A stretch of DNA of 64,000 nt from Octopus bimaculoides (GCF_001194135.2 NC_068981.1:86660389-86724388); one strand, 5' to 3'. Counted from the stretch's first letter, positions 26,590-38,735 are shown. Made by a program: numbers and translations. Notes: generated from the sequence alone by a model not told the origin.

Positions 26590-27870
26590 ATATATTAGTT
26601 TGCAAGCCAAGCATGGTGGCATGGTGTAATTTTTAGAAATATAACTTGATGATAGTAGGCAACATTGTTATTAGGTAGAAGCAGAAATAATTTTATTGTG
26701 AATGAAGAGGGATTCTATACTCTACAATTGTGCATGGGCCAACTAGGTGTAGATGGTCTTCCTAGGGCATCAGTGGCAAATGATTTGACATACGTAAACA
26801 GGGTGTATTTCTGGTGGGGACAATTAGATAGATTGGTATTCTTATTGGGTGATACAGCAGAATGTTGCAGTATCTTTGCGGGGCAGAGTTGCCAATTAAG
26901 TTCCAAGTGAGTAAGGAAGGGCTTCATCAATGATGTTCCATATGTTGTTAGGGAGGTTACTTCCTTGGTCTGAGAGTTTCCATATAAAGAAGGACAGGAA
27001 GGTAGAACTTACCCTGTCCCAACACCTAAATGAGTAGATGTGTTGCATAAACCTTCCCTTGATGGATAGTGTAAGGGTGGCTCCCTAGATCACAGTCTTT
27101 GAGTGACAGGATCTACCTACAGGTGGGATTTTGACAGTTACATTTTGGGATCTGAAGTAAAGACTGTGTGGGTGCTTGTTTGTTTTTGTTGTAGAGTGTA
27201 ATGTTGGAAAATATTATCCAAGCATAAGTAGGTAAATTTAATGCTATGGGTATTAAAGAGTTTATGAAACCTTTGGGTTCTTGGGAAACACTGTCTAATT
27301 AACATCAGAATGCTTCTAGCTCTACCAGTGGAAACAGCTAGAGTGCATGGAGGATTATACCACATTACCTTTCTCTTTGTAACACTCTTTGGGTTTAGGA
27401 ATGGTAGTGAAGGATCCTTCACAGATACTAATGCATTATTAAAGCTAATCATTGCTAGTACCTCATTATAATGAGGTGTAGCCCTGTTGAAGATATCTGT
27501 TTGGTCTCTGTGTGTGCCAAAATATCGACTAGATTTCAATTATAGCTTGTGGATGGTTGGAGTTTCTGTGAATATAAACAGCTTCTTTAATGGTGTAGAA
27601 TTGGTTGATTTCAGGTCTAGAGTGATATCTAGGAAGTTGACCTTTGATAAGTTGGTGGTAGCAGTTACTGTTAAGCCAAAGTTTAGACGATACTTCTTAA
27701 ACTTACACATGGTGTAGCCATTCTTATAGCTTGTGACAGGAAAGACAGCAACTCTGTACAGATCCCAACTGAGAGGTTGTGTATGTTTTGTAGGGTATCC
27801 AGCATGAATAAACCAATGTCATATCTCACTATGTATACATCAAACAGAGGTTGACATCCTGAGTGTACAT
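26590..27870 (-). mobile_element. Penelope-like element, decayed RT C-terminus to GIY-YIG
   Basis: LFDV...IGLFMLDTL, FGLTVTATTNLSKVNFLDITLDL, YIHRNSNHPQAII and KRKVMWYNPP...FPRTQRFHKLFNTHSIKFTYLCLDNI (ORF 27138-27539) are characteristic PLE motifs. Confidence 0.85.
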
Positions 27871-27884
27871 ATAGATACAAGCAT

Positions 27885-28035
27885 TATTGTGTAATTAAGA
27901 AGCTCATTCTCCAACCTTTTGGTTATAGGTTCGGTCCCACAAGGGAAGCACCTTGGGCAAATGTCTACAACCCCAAATGACTAAGCCTCGTGGGGGAATT
28001 TGGTAGATGGAAACTGAAAGAAGCTCATTGTGCAT
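27885..28035 (+). mobile_element. SINE family A 5' half
   Basis: GGTTCGGTCCCAC...CACCTTGGGCAAATGTCT...TTTGGTAGATGGAAACTGAAAGAAGC. Confidence 0.65.
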
Positions 28036-29544
28036 CACCATCATCATTTAATATCTGTCTTCCATGCTGGCATAGGTTGTGTGTGTATGAGTAAGTGTGT
28101 GAGTATGTGTGTTGATATACATGTATGTTTACACTCCTCCTGAGTGATGTGGTGCTAATTTGACATTGCTTGTTGACACTATGACCAGTCACTCAGTGTT
28201 TTTGAAGCCCTGTGTAATAAAGGAATCCCCTAACTTGAAAAACAAGTAGGAGTTGCTCACAGGAAGAATATTTGGCTGTAGAATCCTGCTTCTAAGAACT
28301 CTCTGTCAAAATTTATGCAAACATGGCAAAGCAGATATTAAATGAATGAATGAACAAATGAATACAATAGTTACAGAAACATCTGTTTCTTCCACCAGTT
28401 TTTCTTTACTTTCTCTCTTTAATATGTAAATATGCACATTTTCTCATTCATATCTCATATAGCTATATCTATCAATCTATCCTACACACACACACACACA
28501 CACACACATATTTGGCACACATAGATACCAAACAGATATCTTCAACAGGGCCACACCTCATTATATGTATATACATCTGTAAATACATATGTATATATAT
28601 AATATACACACATAGACATCTAGGTATCTAAACACTCAATAGAATTTAGGACATGGAATACATTAGAAGAAATACATAGTGGTTAACTGTTCATGAATAG
28701 ATTAATAGTTTCACAGTAACTAGTATTGTTTATAAATTATCCCATTCCTTCGGTATATCTTATTCAATCAGAACGAAGCCATTATTTTATATGAGTGGAT
28801 AGAGCATCATGATGTGCAAGTGTTAAGCTGTCTCCCATTGCTTTATTGACAGACAGACAGACACACACACACGAACTGGACACAGGTGGTTGCTTGTATG
28901 TTTATATATTCCCATGTTCTTGTAGCTCTGAGCTACAGACAGACATATATAAATATATCTAAGTATATATAGCTACAGTCAAATTGGCATGTAACTGTAG
29001 CTAAATGAGATATAAGCACATATCAGTATAAATATACACCCACACATATACATACACAGGGAAAAATATTCACACACGCGCGCGCACACACACTCAATAT
29101 GATGAGCTTTCTGTATATTGTTTACCAAATTCACTCACAATACTCAGTCAACTCAGAGTGACAGTAGAAGACATCTGACCAAAGTACTGCACACTGAGAC
29201 TGAACACAAAACCATGTGATTGGAAAGTAAACTTGTAAAGCTTATAGTTCTACCTGCCATACATGAAATATAAATATAAACATGTATATGTGTGTGAGCA
29301 CACATGCATCTGTGTGTATATATATATATATGTAATAATATACATTAATATCAAACAATGAGAAAGCATACTCAACACTGCATTGGTGGATAAATACTTA
29401 TTATTTGTTGGCTAATAAGATGGAAATGAGTACCAACATCCTCTGTAGCAGGCTTGATAATTGCTGAGAATTCTTGGCATGAAACCATTGGTAGCCTTGT
29501 AAACCAACAAATATAGTAAATGATAAATATATATATGAATATAT

Positions 29545-29929
29545 TTACCCATACCAGCATGGAAGGTTGACATTAAATGATGATGATTTTATATATATAT
29601 ATATATCACGAAATCGAAATCGTGATGGCACCTGTGCCCAGTGTCGCCTTCCTGGCACTTGTGTCAGTGGCACATGTAAAGACATTCGAGCGAGATCGTT
29701 GCTAGTGCTGCTGGACTGGCTCCTGTGCAGGTGGCATGTAAAATACACCATTTCGAGTGTGGCTGTTGCCAGTACCACCTGACTGGCCTTCGTGCCGGTA
29801 GCACGTAAAAGCACCCACTACACCCTCAGAGTGGTTGGCATTAGGAAGGGCATCCAGCTGTAGAAACTGTGCCAAATCAGATTGGAACCTGGTGTAGCCA
29901 TCTGGTTCACCAGTCCTCAGTCAAATCGC
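29545..29929 (+). mobile_element. SINE family C body with internal ~55-bp tandem units
   Basis: Repeated GGCAC...GTAAA units, then GAGTGGTTGGCATTAGGAAGGGCATCCAGCTGTAGAAAC...CACCAGTCCTCAGTCAAATC; ends at a gap. Confidence 0.7.
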
Positions 29930-30214
29930 NNNNNNNNNNATATATAAAAGATAATAAGAGTGAAAAAACTACAGAAGGCTTGTGTTACATGGTTAAAGTA
30001 TATATTTAAATTATGTCAGAAAAATGTTAGAAAAATGTTAGAAAATCTTTTTGGTATATAAACATTGTATTTTGAGCGATAACCGGTCTCGTGTTGTCTT
30101 TTCAAATTTCTCTACTTCATTGTGTCGTGTTCGCTCCAAACAAGCCTTCTGTAGTTTTTTCACTCTTATTATCTTTTATATATCCAACCATGTGCTTTCA
30201 CATACCAACTTTCT

Positions 30215-30257
<43 letters not shown>

Positions 30258-31069
30258 ACATAAATTCACACAGACACATATATAGAATATCTTGTGTATA
30301 GTTAGATGTATGACTACTACTGGTAAATTTATAGCTCTGCTTAGAGTAACGCCATCCAGTCTACTTTCACATAAATGTTGAGTGAGGTTGCTACTCTATA
30401 TATATATTTCAAATATATATATATATAAGGTATTGGTGTATCTCAGGCAACATAGTTGTGGTCTAGTACAGATATATATATATATATATATATATATACA
30501 TTTTTCTGCAAGTGAATGCTCTCACTTTTGCCAACCCTAACCTGTTTACAACCAGGGTTGTATTTTCCCTTGTTCAGATGTATTTTTTCACAGGAGATTA
30601 GAAATAAGCATCATTGCCTTTTTTTTGACAATGATGCTCATTCACAATCATCACACAATGTCTAGACAAGGATAAACACAAACATACCCCTCCCACATAC
30701 AAAAACACAAACACATACATACACATAATGCATTTATAGATGTGTGTAATTATTTCTTTTAATTCAACAGTTAATTACACTGTATAATTAACTGTTACAT
30801 TAACAAGAAAATTTGAGGATGTATCAATGTCCATATTCTTTATAACTACTTTGAAATTACACTTCCAAAAATATTCATAATCCAGTGAAGTGAACCCGGA
30901 TTTACCCATCTGAAGAATTACTGTGGGATTGCTCAGCCTAAGCGATACTTGGTTCTTCTTACTTCATGATGTGGTTAGCAATAACCCAGACTATACATCA
31001 TAGCTCTTACAGTACCGACCTGGATAATTTATTCCTATACTCTTCATATATATACACACATGTATGCAT

Positions 31070-31273
31070 TCTTTTATTCTTTTACTTGTTTCAGTCATTT
31101 GACTGTGGCCATGCTGGAGCACCACCTTAACAGTCTTAGTCAAACAAATTGACCCCAGGACTTATTCTATCAGTCTCTTTTGCTAAACTGCTAAGTTACA
31201 AAGATATAAGCACACCAGCATTGATTGTCAAATGATGGCAGGGCAACAAAATCAGACACACACACACAGATAA

Positions 31274-31321
<48 letters not shown>

Positions 31322-31480
31322 CTTCTTTCAGTTTCCATCAACAAAATCCACTCACAAGGCATTGGTCGGCTTGAGGCTAGAGTAGAATATACTTCCACAA
31401 GGTGCCACACAGTGAGACTGTACCTGGAACCATGTGGTTGGGAAGATAGCTTCTTACCACACAGCTATGCCTGTGCCTTC
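31070..31480 (-). mobile_element. SINE family A, near full length, CpG-decayed
   Basis: Tail TTTTACTTGTTTCAGTCATTTGACTGTGGCCATGCTGGAGC through the head ...ACCATGTGGTTGGGAAG...CTTACCACACAGC. Confidence 0.8.
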
Positions 31481-31745
31481 TTACCACGGCCTATAACTAT
31501 ATATTAACTGATGAATAACCTATTTTAAATACCCAACTGAGAGCAAACCGGTAAATGTTTGAAGTAATTGCTTATTATTTACAAATATGTATAACTGTAT
31601 ATATTTCATGTTATACTAAGAAGTAGTGTATAGTACCAGAATTTTCGAGTTGAGTCAAACATAACAAACTATTTCAAATTATTGTTAGATTGTCTGTATA
31701 AGTGGAGTCTGGACTGGCTAGTTTGTATTGGCATTGAGTCATATA

Positions 31746-31909
31746 AGTTGTAACAATAAAGTCAAACCAACAAATCCACATTTTAAAATGTTTTAACTGA
31801 GGAAGGTCTTACGTAATGGATGCATTTCCTATTATATATTACATAGACCTGAAATGTATGTACTAAATTTCAAAATATCACTATTTGGTTTGACTTCATT
31901 ATTACAACT
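31746..31909. mobile_element. 164-bp MITE with ~25-bp TIRs flanked by TA
   Basis: Left AGTTGTAACAATAAAGTCAAACCAA; the right arm reverse-complements to AGTTGTAATAATGAAGTCAAACCAA. TA/TATA lies on both sides, and a second copy is at 21232. Confidence 0.7.
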
Positions 31910-31992
31910 TATATATATATACAAATAAATACATAGCAATATATATATATATATGTATATACATGTGTGTATATTATATGTGTATATGTATG

Positions 31993-31996
<4 letters not shown>

Positions 31997-32090
<94 letters not shown>

Positions 32091-32110
32091 GACGGCAAGA
32101 TAAGTAGTTG

Positions 32111-32150
<40 letters not shown>
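31997..32150. repeat. (TA)n followed by (GATA)n microsatellites
   Basis: Direct reading; representative of dozens of (TA)n/(CA)n/(TATG)n tracts across the window. Confidence 0.95.
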
Positions 32151-32194
32151 CACGTGGCTGTAGGTATGTATTTATAAATCTGTATATATATACA

Positions 32195-32228
<34 letters not shown>

Positions 32229-33199
32229 TGTGTGTATGTATGTATCTATATGTGTGAGCGTACATATATGTATATCGTAGTTTATAAGAGGATATACATG
32301 TGTATGTATGTATGTATGTATATGTGTCAATGATTATCTTTTTTATTTCTCACCATAAGCTTCATAATAGCAGTAGATCCTGCGGTATCGCATATATACT
32401 CACATATTCACATTTATACCCACATACACGCACATACATACGTAAGAATACACACATGATCACATATGAACACCAAAACATTGATAGACAGACACTGGCA
32501 CACACGCACATTATGTCTGTTTATACGTACGTTCACTTATATTTGTTTATGTATATAGCTCATAAGAAAACATCGTTGCCAAATTTTCCAGGAAAGTGAG
32601 GTTTCTTGTTTTAATTAGTATAGCAAGTTTTAGCTACGAATTTATTTTGTCCTACGAATATATATCCTGAACTGACTATACGATCCCTTCGACCCTATTG
32701 CCATCATCAATCTCATAGACATGAATATATATTTACTAATATGCGCGCCGACGCAACAAATCATAAAGATGTGTACAGGAATACGTAAATACAGAGAGTT
32801 TAACCAGTCAAATCAGTGTTTGTTGTGCTTTTCAGAATATATATTTGACAATAACATTGTCTTGAAAGATCTCGGATTGGAAATGAAAACAATATTGAAA
32901 TCATAAATATGAAAACAGTTAATATTCTTTTCTAATTCTCATTTTTTTCCCTAGAGTAATTATAACAATACGATGACAATACTACGACAGGATATACCGG
33001 GCACAATTATTACCTCGGTATTTACCTTGAGAAGTCAACTAAGTTGTAAATAAAATGTGTTGTATGGGTGCGATGCTTGTTAATGTTGCAGTGGGTCCAA
33101 ATAACAGTTGTGATAGAATTGTGAAGTAAAAGAGATGATAGAAAGTGGTCGAATTGAATATATATGTACTATCCACATTAAAGGTAAATAAATATAAAA

Positions 33200-33700
33200 G
33201 AAAATAATGATAAAAAGGAGGAGAAACAATGTAATCAACAAAAACTTACAGCTGTTTTACGGTTGACACCAAGCAAGGTTTTCGACATTACCACATAATG
33301 AAATAGATTGTTAATACAAGCAATACTGTCGATTGACGTGTTGAAGTATGGAAGACATTAAGCGATAAAACATTTTCAGTTTTAGTCTCGAACAAATGGG
33401 CGGAGTTACGAGATGCTATAGCTCAGTGTTGGCGAGATCGTTTATGTTGATAGGACTGAAATATATGCAACTATTACACTGGTGGGAGTATCTCGTTATT
33501 TTTCTGTTTATGTAAGTGGAGTGATATAATGTTACTCCGTGTCTGTGTGTTTGTTTTCTTTATTTCAGAATTTGTTTAGTGCGTAATCGTCTAGTCGTAG
33601 AAGAATGTGGTGTTGGCGATTTATACGACTATGTGATGCGTATTGAAATAAAGTTATACTTTTAAAATTGGAATGTGTAAACTCAATGGAAAATTGTTGA
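33200..33700 (-). mobile_element. Decayed PLE GIY-YIG 3' end with hammerhead remnant
   Basis: Minus strand gives NKENKHTDTE-like residues, then AAAACAGCTGTAA (33246-33258), matching the GAAAC-AGCT-GTA hammerhead stem III. Confidence 0.4.
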
Positions 33701-34609
33701 TAGTTCTATTAGCAGACGTAATGTTCCCAGGAAGTCGAGTTCACGACCTGGTTTCGATTCTAAGTTTAAACTATTTCAATTCTCTATGTGGTTAAATGCT
33801 CTTCAGGGAGGCCTAAAAGTCACACAATCTCATCAATACCTTCATCTTTTCTCCATAAATAAGGAATTAAATTCCGTTTTTGTATTTGGTTTGCAGGATT
33901 CTTTATGTGAATTCGTGTGTTGAAGCATATTTTATTGTATCTATTTTTTTAAAAAAATTTCGTTGCTTCTTGCAATTTCTTCAATAAGGTTGCAAGAAGC
34001 AACGAGAAGTTTACAAAAAAAACAAAACAAACAAAACATGTAAATGAGTGGAAATCGATTCGGTGAGTGTGTTAATTAATAAAGCATTAAAACAGAATTA
34101 CTCTCCCCAGACACAATAAAAAGGAATAACATATTTCACCACACGAAAAAGGAAAGATGAAAATGAAAAAAAAAAAAAAAAAAAAAANNNNNNNNNNNNN
34201 NNNNNNNNNNNNNNNNNNNNNNNNNNNNNNNNNNNNNNNNNNNNNNNNNNNNNNNNNNNNNNNNNNNNNNNNNNNNNNNNNNNNNNNNNNNNNNNNNNNN
34301 NNNNNNNNNNNNNNNNNNNNNNNNNNNNNNNNNNNNNNNNNNNNNNNNNNNNNNNNNNNNNNNNNNNNNNNNNNNNNNNNNNNNNNNNNNNNNNNNNNNN
34401 NNNNNNNNNNNNNNNNNNNNNNNNNNNNNNNNNNNNNNNNNNNNNNNNNNNNNNNNNNNNNNNNNNNNNNNNNNNNNNNNNNNNNNNNNNNNNNNNNNNN
34501 NNNNNNNNNNNNNNNNNNNNNNNNNNNNNNNNNNNNNNNNNNNNNNNNNNNNNNNNNNNNNNNNNNNNNNNNNNNNNNNNNNNNNNNNNNNNNNNNNNNN
34601 NNNNNNNNN

Positions 34610-34646
<37 letters not shown>

Positions 34647-35024
34647 CATACATACATTTATACACACACACACACACTCACACACACATATATATATGCA
34701 TACATGTGTGTGTATGTAGTATGTATATTTATATATATGTATATATACACATGCATACATACACACATTTAGCGAGCTAAATAGATAGATAAATAAATAA
34801 ATAGATAGATAGATACATACATACATACATGCATACATACATATATACATTCAAAAGTGCATAGTATAAGTATATTGACGCCTACGTATGTGTGTATATA
34901 TATCTACACATATGAGTGTGGGTGCGTATATGTGCGTCTATATAGGTATATGCATTAATAAATACATACATATACATTCACACATACATACTTACACACA
35001 CACACATACACACACATTTTTATA

Positions 35025-35375
35025 TATTCTTTTATTCCAGTCATTTGACTGGGGCCATGCTGGAGTACCACCTTTTAGTTGAAGAAATCAACCTCTGGAC
35101 TTATTCTTTGTAAGTCTGGTACTTATTCTATTGGTCCCTTCTGCCAAACCGCTAATGATACGGGGATGTAGACACACCAAGCTATGGTGGGGGGGGGGGC
35201 AAACACAGGCACAAAGACATACACATAAATATAGATACATATATATAATGGGCGTCTACCAAATCCACTCACAAGACTATAGTAGACGACACTTATCCCA
35301 GGTATCACGCTGTGGGACTGAACCTGGAACCATGTGACTGGGAAGCAAGCTTCTTAGCACACAGCCACGCCTGCG
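35025..35375 (-). mobile_element. SINE family A
   Basis: CAGTCATTTGACTGGGGCCATGCTGGAG...GTGGGACTGAACCTGGAACCATGTG...CACACAGCCACGCCTGCGCC. Confidence 0.8.
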
Positions 35376-35399
35376 CCTTACATATATATATATAATAGG

Positions 35400-35545
35400 T
35401 GCAAGGGTGGCTGTGTGATAAGTTGCTTGCTCTGGGTTCAGTCCCACTGCATGGCACCTTGGGCCAGTGTCTTCTACTAAAGCCTCAGGCTGACCAAAGC
35501 CTTGTGAGTGGATTTGGTAGATGGAAACTGAAAGAAGCAAGTTGC

Positions 35546-35577
<32 letters not shown>

Positions 35578-35765
35578 TGGTCTCCCCACTATCGCTTGAC
35601 AACCGATGTTGGTGTGTTTACGTTCCCGTAACTTAGCGGCTCGGCAAAAGAGACGAATAGAATAAGTACTAGGCTGACAAAGAATAAGTCCTGGAGTCGA
35701 TTTGTTCGACTAAAGACAGTCGTCTAGCATGGCCGCAGTCAAAAGACTGAAACAAATAAAAGAAA
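35400..35765 (+). mobile_element. SINE family A
   Basis: GGTGGCTGTGTGATAAG...GGGTTCAGTCCCACTGCATGGCACCTTGGG...AGCATGGCCGCAGTCAAAAGACTGAAAC. Confidence 0.85.
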
Positions 35766-35768
35766 AAA

Positions 35769-35805
<37 letters not shown>

Positions 35806-36405
35806 TGCCCTCATAAATACAAGAACACACACACAAACGTATACATACATACACAAACACAAACCAACTGGCATGGATCATCAAGTTAGACATTCTTGTA
35901 ATGTATGAAAAGATATTACAATACCATAAAGTACAACAAATTGAATGTAGAGGGACTGGTTTCATTGAAATGTGTATTAGGCAACCGCATTGAATACACT
36001 CGCATATGAAACTATTTATACCACTTACACAATTGTGTAGGTTTATAAATTTGTAATTTCCTGACAAAAAAAAAATGACAAAATGAAAATGCAGATGGCA
36101 TATCTATGTAGTGTCATTACAGACGTTATGTGTATAACTGGCTGTGTTGGGACATATGTGTGTGTACAAGATATATTTATGCTAGTATATGTTTATACAT
36201 ACAAACATATATATACATATGTGTGTGTGTATGTAATTGTGTGAATACAGATATTTAAATTTATATATATATATATGTATGTATGTATGTATTTGTATTA
36301 TGTGTATGTATATATAATAATATATATATATGCATATGTGTGTGTGTATATATAATTATATATATATATACATACATATGTGTGTGTATATATATATGCG
36401 TGCGT

Positions 36406-36440
<35 letters not shown>

Positions 36441-36512
36441 CATACATATGTGTGTATATATATATATCCACACACGCAGATATTTACGTATTAACCCATT
36501 TAGATATGTGTC

Positions 36513-36548
<36 letters not shown>

Positions 36549-36564
36549 CACACACACATACACA

Positions 36565-36785
36565 CTGCCCACAGGGAGCTAAACATAGAGGGGTCCAACA
36601 AGGACAGACAAAGGGATTAAGTCGATTATATCGACCCCAGTGCGTAACTGGTACTTATTTTTCGACCCCAAAAGGATGAGAAGCAAAGTTGATCTCGGTC
36701 GAATTTGAGTTCTGAACATAACGGCAAACGAAATACCGTTAAGCATTTCGCCCGGTGCGCTAACGATTCTGCCAGCTTGCTGCCC
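36565..36785 (-). mobile_element. SINE family B
   Basis: GCCCACAGGGAGCTAAAC...GTCGATTATATCGACCCCAGTGCGTAACTGGTAC...CTAACGATTCTGCCAGCTTGCTGCC. Confidence 0.85.
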
Positions 36786-37052
36786 TATACATATACATAT
36801 ATTGTATATATCGTCATTGTTTTAATGTCTACTTTTTCATGCTAGCATGGGTTGGATGGAATTCATTGTCATGGATTCCTTAAAGCCCAATGGCATTCTT
36901 ATTGCCAACCTTCATCGGCTTCTCAGCAAAGTAATACTTGCTCATGGTTGGACATCTTTTCAGGGAAAATTGGCAACAAAAGACACCATTTGTGTTGCAC
37001 ATTTTGATACATGAACACACACAGACACACATACATATATGTACATATCTAT

Positions 37053-37090
<38 letters not shown>

Positions 37091-37791
37091 GTAAGTATGT
37101 ATATATAAATAGATAGCTAATATATATATATATATATATATANNNNNNNNNNNNNNNNNNNNNNNNNNNNNNNNNNNNNNNNNNNNNNNNNNNNNNNNNN
37201 NNNNNNNNNNNNNNNNNNNNNNNNNNNNNNNNNNNNNNNNNNNNNNNNNNNNNNNNNNNNNNNNNNNNNNNNNNNNNNNNNNNNNNNNNNNNNNNNNNNN
37301 NNNNNNNNNNNNNNNNNNNNNNNNNNNNNNNNNNNNNNNNNNNNNNNNNNNNNNNNNNNNNNNNNNNNNNNNNNNNNNNNNNNNNNNNNNNNNNNNNNNN
37401 NNNNNNNNNNNNNNNNNNNNNNNNNNNNNNNNNNNNNNNNNNNNNNNNNNNNNNNNNNNNNNNNNNNNNNNNNNNNNNNNNNNNNNNNNNNNNNNNNNNN
37501 NNNNNNNNNNNNNNNNNNNNNNNNNNNNNNNNNNNNNNNNNNNNNNNNNNNNNNNNNNNNNNNNNNNNNNNNNNNNNNNNNNNNNNNNNNNNNNNNNNNN
37601 NNNNNNNNNNNNNNNNNNNNNNNNNNNNNNNNNNNNNNNNNNNNNNNNNNNNNNNNNNNNNNNNNNNNNNNNNNNNNNNNNNNNNNNNNNNNNNNNNNNN
37701 NNNNNNNNNNNNNNNNNNNNNNNNNNNNNNNNNNNNNNNNNNNNNNNNNNNNNNNNNNNNNNNNNNNNNNNNNNNNNNNNNNNNNNNNNNN

Positions 37792-37827
<36 letters not shown>

Positions 37828-37830
37828 CAT

Positions 37831-38301
37831 AAATATTGGCATCCTTTTTGTCTCAGGAGACAATGGAGTTGCGCATAAAATAATCTAGTCCGGTTTTTAC
37901 ATTTCATGTCCTAATACATCTCCTGCTATGACTGTGTAATCCTATCCTTCACAAACACTCCTTCTGGCTGGTGCCGCAAATGTAGCGAAGACTTTGCCTG
38001 GCTGGTTGTAATGTCATAGTTTCTTGTCGACGTCTTTTCTTGTCTTTCTATTTCTCCTCTTTCCTTCTGTCACTCATTTATGTTCCTTCTTCTATGGTGC
38101 GTCGCCAATTCCCACGGTTGCTGGCAACCGCTTCCCAGTTGCTAATATTGATGTTGCAGGTCTTCATGTCCTTTTTGCAAACATCCTTGTATCGTAAGAA
38201 CGGTCTTCCCACAGACTTAGTGCCGCCCCTAGTAAGCTCTCTGTAGAGTATGTCCTTGGGGATTCTGCCATCTTCCATACGACTAACATGTCCAAGCCAA
38301 C
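37831..38301 (-). mobile_element. RTE-clade LINE 3' end
   Basis: WLGHVSRMEDGRIPKDILYRELTRGGTKSVGRPFLRYKDVCKKDMK...GLHSHSRRC, then a 3' UTR ending CCATTGTCTCCTGAGACAAAAAGGATGCCAA. Confidence 0.9.
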
Positions 38302-38735
38302 ATCATGGATCAGGCTACATCGGACATCCCAAACATACATATTGGAGACCACAGATTACAGGAAGTGGAGAAGTTTACCTATCGGTGTTCTACCGTCACC
38401 TACAACCTATCCTTTGATGCCGAGCTCAGTATACGCATTGGCAAGGCAGCTGCTGTGATGGCCCAACTCTCCAAACGGGCATGGGACAACAATAAGCTGA
38501 CCAAGAACACAAAAATGAAGATTTACCAGGCATGTATACTTAGCACTCTACTGTATGGCAGTGAGACCTGGACGCCATACACACGCCAAAAGCGTTGCCT
38601 AAATATCTTTCACCTGCGCTGCCTCTGGAAAAATCCTTGGCATCAAATGGCAGAATCGTGTCCCCAAAAAAGATGTCCTCAAGCAAGCAGTAATACTAAG
38701 CATGTTTGCACTCCTCACACAAAGACGTATGATAT
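38302..38735 (+). mobile_element. RTE-clade LINE, upstream ORF segment in inverted orientation
   Basis: LQEVEKFTY...DAELSIRIGKAAAVMAQLSKRAW...KIYQACILSTLLYGSETWT...FHLRCL(frameshift)KILGIKWQNRV...SMFALLTQRRM. Confidence 0.9.

Noticed and set aside
29600-29830. Regularly spaced short repeats resembling a repeat-spacer array
   Set aside because: These are internal degenerate tandem units of SINE family C in a eukaryotic context, not CRISPR.
32838-32906. Strong plus-strand acceptor followed by a short open frame (YIFDNNIVLKDLGLEMKTILKS*)
   Set aside because: No credible upstream exon or homology; such a short frame is expected by chance.
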